From a virus: a stretch of DNA of 64,000 nt. The stretch spans positions 1-64,000 of the IMG/VR virus record IMGVR_UViG_3300023202_000336; one strand, given 5' to 3'. The notes below the pieces were generated by a model. It ran no database searches. It was not told the origin of the DNA and saw only the letters and a program-made list of their open reading frames with translations. The position numbers were made by a program, and so were the translations under genes. This document shows, piece by piece, positions 1 to 6,460 of the stretch. The number at the start of each line of letters is the position of its first letter. Position 1 is the first letter of the stretch.

Positions 1-1
1 C

Positions 2-88
2 CTGTGGGCCAGCCTGTGGCACGGCCTGCGGGCCAGCCTGTGGGACAACCTGTGGGACGACCTGAAGGAGTACCGCGATGAAACTTGA
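2..88 (+). CDS. 5'-truncated repeat-array protein
   Basis: Reads LWASLWHGLRASLWDNLWDDLKEYRDET*, the same C-terminus as the downstream units. Confidence 0.75.
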   Translation: MWASLWHGLRASLWDNLWDDLKEYRDET

Positions 89-290
89 TCTGGGCGAGAA
101 GCGAAGCCTGCGGGACAGCCCGTTAGCCAGCCTGTGGCACGGCCTGCGGGCCAGCCTGTGGCACGGCCTGCAGAACGACCTGCGGAACAACCTGTGGGCC
201 AGCCTGTGGGCCAGCCTGTGGCACGGCCTGCGGGCCAGCCTGTGGGACAACCTGTGGGACGACCTGAAGGAGTACCGCGATGAAACTTGA
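78..290 (+). CDS. Tetrapeptide-repeat (xxLx, Trp-rich) small protein, copy A
   Basis: AAGGAG SD 7 nt before the ATG; 11-nt overlap with the previous stop; 14 tetrapeptide units. Confidence 0.75.
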   Translation: MKLDLGEKRSLRDSPLASLWHGLRASLWHGLQNDLRNNLWASLWASLWHGLRASLWDNLWDDLKEYRDET

Positions 291-492
291 TCTGGGCGAG
301 AAGCGAAGCCTGCGGGACAGCCCGTTAGCCAGCCTGTGGCACGGCCTGCGGGCCAGCCTGTGGCACGGCCTGCAGAACGACCTGCGGAACAACCTGTGGG
401 CCAGCCTGTGGGCCAGCCTGTGGCACGGCCTGCGGGCCAGCCTGTGGGACAACCTGTGGGACGACCTGAAGGAGTACCGCGATGAAACTTGA
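280..492 (+). CDS. Tetrapeptide-repeat small protein, copy B (identical to A)
   Basis: Same SD, overlap and translation as 78..290. Confidence 0.75.
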   Translation: MKLDLGEKRSLRDSPLASLWHGLRASLWHGLQNDLRNNLWASLWASLWHGLRASLWDNLWDDLKEYRDET

Positions 493-706
493 TTTGGGCG
501 AGAAGCGAAGCCTGCGGGCCGGCCCGTTGGCCAGCCCGTTGGCCAGCCTGTTGCCCAGCCTGCGGGTCAGCCTGTGGGACAACCTGCAGGACGACCTGCG
601 GGACAACCTGTGGACCAGCCTGTGGGACAACCTGTGGACCAGCCTGTGGGCCAGCCTGCGGGGCAACCTGCGGGACGACCTGAAGGAGTACCGCGATGAA
701 ACTTGA
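482..706 (+). CDS. Tetrapeptide-repeat small protein, copy C
   Basis: Same N- and C-terminal caps; 15 units in a different order. Confidence 0.75.
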   Translation: MKLDLGEKRSLRAGPLASPLASLLPSLRVSLWDNLQDDLRDNLWTSLWDNLWTSLWASLRGNLRDDLKEYRDET

Positions 707-944
707 TCTGGGCGAGAAGCGAAGCCTGCGGGACAGCCCGTTAGCCAGCCTGTTGCACGGCCTGCGGGCCAGCCTGTGGGACAACCTGCGGGCCAGCCTG
801 CGGGACAGCCTGCAGGACGACCTGCGGGACAGCCTGTGGACCAGCCTGCAGAACAACCTGTGGGCCAGCCTGCGGGCCAGCCTGCGGGCCAGCCTGTGGG
901 ACAACCTGCGGGACGACCTGAAGGAGTACCGCGATGAAACTTGA
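696..944 (+). CDS. Tetrapeptide-repeat small protein, copy D
   Basis: Same caps; 17 units. Confidence 0.75.
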   Translation: MKLDLGEKRSLRDSPLASLLHGLRASLWDNLRASLRDSLQDDLRDSLWTSLQNNLWASLRASLRASLWDNLRDDLKEYRDET

Positions 945-1071
945 TCTGGGCGAGAAGCGAGGCCTGCGGGACAGCCCGGTGGACACGCGACGGGACCGCC
1001 CTGGTCCTGAGCCCTGGCCAGACGGCCGCCACCATACGCCCCACGGGGCACAGACGAGGAAGGAGAACACG

Positions 1072-1287
1072 TTGAAGATACAGAAGATCACGAGTCAGAA
1101 CCGGCGCGACTTCACGGTGGTCTATGAATGCGAGCACTGCGGGGCAACCAAAACCGGATACGGCTACGATGACGACAATTTCCATCGGCAAGTCATACCC
1201 GGCATGAAATGTGAACAGTGCGGTAAGACGGCGGGAGACGACTACCGCCCGATGGGAACAAGGTACGCCGAACATGAAGTTGTGTAA
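1072..1287 (+). CDS. Small Zn-ribbon phage protein (alternative in-frame start at 934)
   Basis: AGGAG SD before TTG1072; CEHC...CEQC pairs; the KIxKITSQNRRDF start is typical of a small phage protein family. Confidence 0.75.
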   Translation: MKIQKITSQNRRDFTVVYECEHCGATKTGYGYDDDNFHRQVIPGMKCEQCGKTAGDDYRPMGTRYAEHEVV

Positions 1288-1399
1288 GGCTCGCGTCGAG
1301 CAAGGAGCTTCGTATCTGAGATATGAGAAAGAAGGTCCTCGAGGTACTATTACCTTGTTAGAAGGAGAGATGGTAACAGGGGTCAGGGAGGGCCTGTGA
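1274..1399 (+). CDS. Possible 41-aa hypothetical protein
   Basis: Fills the gap and is GTGA-coupled to 1396; contains GASYLR, also seen at 2.7-2.9 kb. Confidence 0.3.
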   Translation: MKLCKARVEQGASYLRYEKEGPRGTITLLEGEMVTGVREGL

Positions 1400-1788
1400 T
1401 GACGATGATATGGAGAGAACCATTTACTGGCTACGATCAACGGGCAGTCGATTTCGATTGGAAGGCATGGGTACCGGAGGTAGGAGAGATAGTGCGATTT
1501 TTGACGCGAGAAGAGTTTTTCGCACGTAATGCGAAGAAAGGAATCGGCCCGGGTCGTAACCCAGCCGTTCTCGCGACTTGGATTCAGCCCATGAATCATC
1601 TGTACGGTGCGTACGCGGTTATAAAAGTTCTGGGTAGCTGTCATCGCCTCTCTCTTACGGGAATTCAGGTGACTGGACGGACTAGGTTCAGCTATTCGAA
1701 GGATATGATTGTGCCGGTTCGAGCGTTGAGTTTTCGTGAGTTCGTGAAGCAAACGCGAGAGCAAGTAACTCGTGCGGGAGAGGAGTAA
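1396..1788 (+). CDS. Hypothetical protein with C-terminal SFREFVKQT tag
   Basis: GGGAGG upstream; 130 aa; tag shared with the next gene. Confidence 0.75.
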   Translation: MMTMIWREPFTGYDQRAVDFDWKAWVPEVGEIVRFLTREEFFARNAKKGIGPGRNPAVLATWIQPMNHLYGAYAVIKVLGSCHRLSLTGIQVTGRTRFSYSKDMIVPVRALSFREFVKQTREQVTRAGEE

Positions 1789-1793
1789 CCGCT

Positions 1794-2144
1794 ATGACGT
1801 TCTTAGACCAAGCGAGAGAGTGGGCGGAAAAGTACGGTTGGCTCGATTTTCAGGGACGTTACGTCGAGTTGAACAGTGGAAAAATTGGTCGGATCGCATA
1901 CCTAGAAGAGTATGACCAAATCACGTCTGGAGCTCCGATAAAGCTTGTAAATTCTTCCGGTGAGGAGGGTCAATGGGTTGACGGATCTGCGTCGCCGGGC
2001 ATGTTACCGCACGACTGGAGAAATGTCGCTATAGTCTTATCTGAGGGTTGGGATCCAGTAACCCATGCAATGAGTTTCCGCGAATTTGTGAAACATACAC
2101 AAAAGCAGGTAGTTGAAGTTGGAGCGCAGGGCAGGAAGTTATGA
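1794..2144 (+). CDS. Hypothetical protein with C-terminal SFREFVKHT tag
   Basis: GAGGAG SD; 116 aa. Confidence 0.8.
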   Translation: MTFLDQAREWAEKYGWLDFQGRYVELNSGKIGRIAYLEEYDQITSGAPIKLVNSSGEEGQWVDGSASPGMLPHDWRNVAIVLSEGWDPVTHAMSFREFVKHTQKQVVEVGAQGRKL

Positions 2145-2238
2145 GACACCGCTCAGGGCACTCGGTCCGAAGCCGAGTTTCCGCGATTTCGTGAAGCAAA
2201 CGAAAGAGGCGGCATTGTCTCAGTCGCGTCCGAGCTAA
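2119..2238 (+). pseudogene. Gene remnant or micro-ORF carrying a third tag copy (SFRDFVKQTKE)
   Basis: Tag at 2176-2208 in a frame with only TTG starts (2113/2119); stop at 2236-2238. Confidence 0.35.
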
Positions 2239-2513
2239 CCTGCGTAGTAGCGCACGTAGTGCGGCTCCTTTTTCGGGCGTTTGAAGCCAGGGAGGTGCTG
2301 ATCGACTTTCCACGGTGCATCAGCTTCCTTCCTGGCTTGCGCTCGTTCTTTGAAGTAGTCGACGATTTCATCGACACAGTCTTTATCGAGCGAGACCAGC
2401 GCCGCGATCGGACGCCCATGATAGGTGACGATCGTTACCATATCTTTGTTTTCGTAGTGTGCCCAGGCTTGACGGAGCCGCATTTCAGTCGAGGTACGAT
2501 AGGTGACACGCAT
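2235..2513 (-). CDS. Phd/YefM-family antitoxin-like DNA-binding protein, no cognate toxin adjacent
   Basis: VTIVTYHGRPIAALVSLD matches the Phd/YefM ITRHGRPVAVLVS signature; 92 aa; the only credible minus-strand gene in the window. Confidence 0.65.
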   Translation of the reverse strand: MRVTYRTSTEMRLRQAWAHYENKDMVTIVTYHGRPIAALVSLDKDCVDEIVDYFKERAQARKEADAPWKVDQHLPGFKRPKKEPHYVRYYAG

Positions 2514-2532
2514 GAGATGAGTCCGTTACATA

Positions 2533-2548
2533 GTGAACACGTGAACAC
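2533..2548. promoter_or_regulatory. Candidate operator GTGAACAC-GTGAACAC (GTGA-N8-ACAC)
   Basis: 20-35 nt upstream of the Phd-like start, in the divergent gap; each octamer is one mismatch from the P1 Phd palindrome GTGTACAC. Confidence 0.4.
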
Positions 2549-2605
2549 AATTTCGCCACCGAGCGGAATCTTGCATTCAGCGTCTGAAAGGGATAATAAT
2601 GCTTT

Positions 2606-2875
2606 ATGCGCTTCCGACAATTCATAACTAGTCTGAAAAACGGCGCGATAAGACTCTTCAGAGTAAACATTTGCGACATCGCCGGAAACGAAACGGTGAA
2701 CGCGCGTTCACCGTTCGACTATGCGCGCTCAGGAGCTTCGTATCTGGGACGCGACAAGCAGAATCCCCACCGATACTACGGTGACGCCGAGCACATCATC
2801 TACGACTCGAGCGCAGAGTTATACGTTCGCGACGCTCCACGTGGAACATCCTCGCCGCCGGAAACGAAACGGTGA
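2606..2875 (+). CDS. Hypothetical protein (N-terminal MRFRQFITS, internal YARSGASYL)
   Basis: Divergent from the Phd-like gene; AT-rich upstream region; the YARSGAS motif recurs with synonymous changes at 3003. Confidence 0.5.
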   Translation: MRFRQFITSLKNGAIRLFRVNICDIAGNETVNARSPFDYARSGASYLGRDKQNPHRYYGDAEHIIYDSSAELYVRDAPRGTSSPPETKR

Positions 2876-2922
2876 ACGCGCGTTCACCGTTCGACTATGC
2901 GCGCTCAGGAGCTTCGTATCTG
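2680..2922. repeat. Two 67-bp direct repeats (2680-2746, 2856-2922), each with a perfect 24-bp palindrome
   Basis: AACGGTGAACGC-GCGTTCACCGTT at 2692-2715 and 2868-2891. Confidence 0.95.
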
Positions 2923-2975
2923 AGACACGTGCAACCGGTCTCGTAGGAGCTGAGACAGATCGATGAGACTATCAT

Positions 2976-3971
2976 ATGGGTGAGCCGTATCGGGTACCGC
3001 TTTATGCTCGTTCAGGGGCATCGAGTCCGAAGCATGGGAAGCAACAGGGCCTCCTCGGGTACTGGTATTTGCGGAAGTATGGGTCGGCGACGTACAAGAT
3101 CACGTTCCGTTATCCAGGTCAGAAGCACAAGCGGTACGAGGCCGATACGCCCGAGCAGGCTGTTTCCTACTTTTACGATGCCTATACGGATCATCTTCGA
3201 CGTCGCCTGACTCCGATACTTTCGCAACTTGCTCGTCTTCCGAAACGCGAGTACCATAGGCGCGGCTTTCGCAAAGGCTGGCTCCCTCGTCTCAGGAACG
3301 ATCTCGAGACGAAAAAGGCCGATCTGATACGTGAGAGCCGCGAAGAACTGGTGACGAAGTTGGCGGAGCTGAAGGAACGAGGATGGCCGATACCAAAGTT
3401 ACCGCCCGCACCCTGGGATCGGGTCGATGCCTCTAAAGCAGCCTCGGCGCTCTGGTTGCGATCAGCGAATTCTGGATCTCTATCTCAAAAAGGGGTGGTC
3501 GATCAACCGCATTCGTCGGGAGCTTCAGACCACGTACTGGAACGTAAAGAAGGTGCTCAGGAGCGCGGGAGTAGCGATTCATCCGCGCAAGAGTCTCGCC
3601 GGGTCGGCACATCCCTCGTCCAAGCTTTCCTACGAGGCGAGAGAAAAGCTGAAGAGCCAGCTTCAAGCTGGCCGTTCACACTCGGGGTTAGCCAAGGAAT
3701 ACGGGATTTCGCGAGAACGCGTACGGCAGATCGCGAAGGAGATCGGGGCGCCGACCGGGCGCGAGATCCAGAAGCAGCAGCGCCGGGAGCGGAGGAAAGA
3801 GGAAGAGGAGCAGCGGCTGAGTCGGATCAGCCAGCAGGAAGAGGACCGATACCGCCGTTACGCTCCGTGGAGAGAGATGTGGCGTCAGGGCCTCCGGATG
3901 AAGGAGATGGCGAAGAAGCTAGGCCTGAAGGAGAACTCGGTGGGAGTTCGGATCACGACGCTTCGACGTGA
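2976..3971 (+). CDS. Basic hypothetical protein; C-terminal half overlaps the HTH gene
   Basis: First ~150 aa look protein-like; the last 545 nt overlap 3427..4059 in another frame. Confidence 0.55.
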   Translation: MGEPYRVPLYARSGASSPKHGKQQGLLGYWYLRKYGSATYKITFRYPGQKHKRYEADTPEQAVSYFYDAYTDHLRRRLTPILSQLARLPKREYHRRGFRKGWLPRLRNDLETKKADLIRESREELVTKLAELKERGWPIPKLPPAPWDRVDASKAASALWLRSANSGSLSQKGVVDQPHSSGASDHVLERKEGAQERGSSDSSAQESRRVGTSLVQAFLRGERKAEEPASSWPFTLGVSQGIRDFARTRTADREGDRGADRARDPEAAAPGAEERGRGAAAESDQPAGRGPIPPLRSVERDVASGPPDEGDGEEARPEGELGGSSDHDAST

Positions 3972-4059
3972 GTTTCCCGATTGGTTCCCGTTGCGGCGCA
4001 AGTCGCAGAAGTGGAGATTGACCGATGATGAACACGGACAAGAATCGGGGGCGGCGTGA
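3427..4059 (+). CDS. Multi-HTH DNA-binding protein
   Basis: LAKEYGISRERVRQI (sigma70 region 4-like HTH) plus two further HTH-like segments (WSINRIRREL, MKEMAKKLGL); SAHPSSKLS motif. Confidence 0.8.
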   Translation: MPLKQPRRSGCDQRILDLYLKKGWSINRIRRELQTTYWNVKKVLRSAGVAIHPRKSLAGSAHPSSKLSYEAREKLKSQLQAGRSHSGLAKEYGISRERVRQIAKEIGAPTGREIQKQQRRERRKEEEEQRLSRISQQEEDRYRRYAPWREMWRQGLRMKEMAKKLGLKENSVGVRITTLRREFPDWFPLRRKSQKWRLTDDEHGQESGAA

Positions 4060-4081
4060 GCCGCCCCAGCTCTTTCTTTTT
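4048..4081 (+). terminator. Probable intrinsic terminator
   Basis: GGGGCGGC-gtga-GCCGCCCC stem followed after 4 nt by TCTTTCTTTTT; the HTH stop codon lies in the loop. Confidence 0.5.
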
Positions 4082-4170
4082 AGCTATGACAGCTATGACT
4101 CGCCGCTTATGCTCGCTCAGGGGCCTTACATATGGGACGCTATGACTAGCAGTCGCCGCTGGGAAAGGGG

Positions 4171-4206
4171 AGATGATATAGTGTCCGCGAGAACACAATA
4201 TCATCT
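4171..4206. promoter_or_regulatory. Inverted repeat enclosing GTGT-N8-ACAC
   Basis: AGATGATAT/ATATCATCT arms plus GTGT/ACAC, upstream of the structural operon. Confidence 0.45.
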
Positions 4207-4223
4207 GGGTGGGAGAGCGGCCG

Positions 4224-4472
4224 ATGGGTGACGTCACTGATCCTGCGGTTTTCTATCCAAGCGGGTTCATCGGCGTCGGCCCGATGTATAATCTCAATTT
4301 CGTGATCTACTGGACTGAGCCCGATCCGAATCCTGATAACATCCTGTTGGTACGACTTGATAAGCACGGCGCGAGTGACCCGGATACCATCGTCGAAGGG
4401 ACCGACCAGCCGATCATGTTCGATAAAGACGATTTCGAAGCCGCGTACCAGTTCTACATTGATAACTGCTAA
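4224..4472 (+). CDS. Small acidic protein, (W/F)YPSG family paralog 1
   Basis: GGAGAG SD; VFYPSGFIGVGPMYNL...DPNP. Confidence 0.7.
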   Translation: MGDVTDPAVFYPSGFIGVGPMYNLNFVIYWTEPDPNPDNILLVRLDKHGASDPDTIVEGTDQPIMFDKDDFEAAYQFYIDNC

Positions 4473-4768
4473 TGGCCGTTATCAGTCCTTGTATTTGGTA
4501 TCCGAGCGGCACGCCTGGCGACGGCGAGGCCTACGATCTCCGGTTTGTGCTCACGGCGGTCCGAAATCCTGACGGGGTCACCGGGGCGGTCTATTTCCGG
4601 AAACAGGCGCGAGCACCGATCGTGGTCGGCGACTTCGACGAGTTCTGCGACGCCTGGGATGCGTGCCTTGATTCGCTCAGGGACGAGAAGCTCGATACGA
4701 ATATGCAGACTGAGGACCTCTTCAATATGCAGACCGAAGATGATTCCTTCATGCTGACAGAAGGGTGA
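4472..4768 (+). CDS. Small acidic protein, (W/F)YPSG family paralog 2
   Basis: TAATG coupling; IWYPSGTPGDGEAYDL. Confidence 0.8.
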   Translation: MAVISPCIWYPSGTPGDGEAYDLRFVLTAVRNPDGVTGAVYFRKQARAPIVVGDFDEFCDAWDACLDSLRDEKLDTNMQTEDLFNMQTEDDSFMLTEG

Positions 4769-5448
4769 CTCAGATGATCGAACCTCTCAGCTATACTTAC
4801 AAGTTGCTCAGATATGAGGTGATCGATGGCGATACGATCCGCTGCTGGGTCGATCTGAGCTCGTTGCCGCTTGAGACGATCGAGGTAGACCTCGGATTCG
4901 ACATTTCGACGTATCTGCGCCCGGAGATTGCGATCACAAAACAGATCGATGTCCGGATCGACGGAGTGAACACGCCCGAGAAGCGTGGCGATGAGAAGAT
5001 TGCTGGGATCCCGGTGACCTACGTCGTCGAGCTGCTCCTCGAGAATCTTGCGCCGATGAGTTATTATCAGGTACGAAGTAACGAATGGGGCAAGTTTGCA
5101 GGACGGTGCATCGGGGACCTGATCGTAGAAACACCGACTGCAGCCGGCGAGATCATGGAGAGAACGCTGGGTAAGCTCCTCCTGACGCAGCGGCTCGGGA
5201 AGCCCTATCTGGACGAGAACGGTGATCGGACGACTTTTACAGAGGAAGAGTTGTACGAGATCCGCGAGGAATGTCACCGACTACTGCTTCCGTCGATTAC
5301 CGGTCGGTACGACCGCTTCCAGGAGGGGACGTATTTCTTCGTGGAGCACCCAACACATTACTCGACGAATTTCGGTCTGGAGTACGGATATCTGGATGAC
5401 GAGCTGAATCCCACCGATAAGTTGAAGTCCATGGTGACGGATACCTGA
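4765..5448 (+). CDS. Staphylococcal-nuclease (SNase)-like protein
   Basis: VIDGDTI, DLGFDI, VRIDGVNTPE and GKFAGRCIG match SNase catalytic motifs. Confidence 0.85.
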   Translation: MTQMIEPLSYTYKLLRYEVIDGDTIRCWVDLSSLPLETIEVDLGFDISTYLRPEIAITKQIDVRIDGVNTPEKRGDEKIAGIPVTYVVELLLENLAPMSYYQVRSNEWGKFAGRCIGDLIVETPTAAGEIMERTLGKLLLTQRLGKPYLDENGDRTTFTEEELYEIREECHRLLLPSITGRYDRFQEGTYFFVEHPTHYSTNFGLEYGYLDDELNPTDKLKSMVTDT

Positions 5449-6455
5449 TGGCGACCGGCGATCGCCCATGGTCGGACTTTCCGACGTCGACGACACTCGA
5501 CGACAATAGCGATTTTCTCGCGTTCGTTGACGTCTCGCAGCCGCTTCCTGAGGATCGTAATCGAACGATTACGCTCGATAACTTCGCTTCCGAGCTCTAC
5601 ACGAATGGGAGGACGCTCGGGACGCTGGCGGTTCTCAATGCGGCGATCACGGATGCGACGCTCGACGACGCCTCTGATCCAAGGCCTCCGACTGCACACG
5701 CGTCCGATCATGAGTCGGGCGGGACGGATACGATCGATCATGATAATCTCGTCGGATTTGTCGCAAACGAACACATCGATCATAGCTCAGTAGTTCTCAC
5801 CGCTGGCGAAGGAATCGCTGGTGGCGGTGATATTACCGCTTCGAGAACGTTTGATCTCGACATCGACGGTCTCGTTGAAGAGGCGGGTATTGATACCACC
5901 GCCGACTTCGTGGCCTTCTACGACGTCGACGCAGGTGTTCACCGGAAGATCCATCCTGATGATCTTGGTGTTGGTGGAGGTGGAGTCGGGTCAACCGTAT
6001 TCGATTTCGACGCTGATACCGGAACTACGGAAACGACAGTTGACGACGTCGTCGCGTTTTCTTTTCCGAAAGTTGGACCGGTGAGGTCGATAATCGGGTC
6101 TGAGCAGCTTCCGACCGGAATCGATCTTTCGGCGATCGATCCCGATATCACTATTCATTTTGTGATCACATCGACCGGAGGTGGAAGCGCAGACGTTCGT
6201 TTCGAGCTGGAAGCGACTTATATCGCTGACGGAGAACTGACGACGAAAGCAATTGATGAGACACTGACGCAAGATGTAACCGTCACTGATACGTTGAAGA
6301 CTCAGCATAGCGTGACCTTTACGCTCGACCGTACACTTATGTCGCTCAACGATGTCGTTCGTCTCAAGCTGAGCCGATTGAACTCTGATCCGAATGACAC
6401 CTATACCGGCGATGTTGCGGCATATGAGCGCGCTCGGTTCGAGTTCGAAGGATAA
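5448..6455 (+). CDS. Virion structural / tail-fibre-associated protein
   Basis: Acidic and Thr-rich; HASDHESGGTD and LTAGEGIAGGGDITASRT motifs seen in phage fibre proteins. Confidence 0.65.
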   Translation: MATGDRPWSDFPTSTTLDDNSDFLAFVDVSQPLPEDRNRTITLDNFASELYTNGRTLGTLAVLNAAITDATLDDASDPRPPTAHASDHESGGTDTIDHDNLVGFVANEHIDHSSVVLTAGEGIAGGGDITASRTFDLDIDGLVEEAGIDTTADFVAFYDVDAGVHRKIHPDDLGVGGGGVGSTVFDFDADTGTTETTVDDVVAFSFPKVGPVRSIIGSEQLPTGIDLSAIDPDITIHFVITSTGGGSADVRFELEATYIADGELTTKAIDETLTQDVTVTDTLKTQHSVTFTLDRTLMSLNDVVRLKLSRLNSDPNDTYTGDVAAYERARFEFEG

Positions 6456-6460
6456 CTACG

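Larger units (their letters stand above)
1..978 (+). repeat. Tandem array of 202-238 bp gene-sized units, each built from 12-bp sub-repeats (NNC RRC CTG NNG)
   Basis: Units start at 78, 280, 482, 696 and 934 (the last is truncated at ~978). Units 78-279 and 280-481 appear identical, and 1-77 matches their 3' end. The array runs off the window start. Confidence 0.97.

Noticed and set aside
78-944. Programmed +1 frameshift joining units into one polyprotein
   Set aside because: The junction is ACT-TGA, not a re-pairable CTT-TGA prfB-type site, and each unit has its own SD at normal spacing. Reinitiation is simpler.
1-978. CRISPR array or pure satellite DNA
   Set aside because: There are no unique spacers; units have SD, start, stop and conserved coding caps, so this is a gene array.
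123-1764. Minus-strand ORFs 123..452, 325..1764 and 741..1091
   Set aside because: Antisense shadows of a stop-free repeat and of real + strand genes; no protein-like features.
2680-2922. Mini-CRISPR or protelomerase site
   Set aside because: Only two 67-bp copies, too long for CRISPR repeats; no cas or protelomerase gene in the window.
4025-4231. 68-aa ORF
   Set aside because: Spans a probable terminator and regulatory inverted repeat; no SD or recognisable features.
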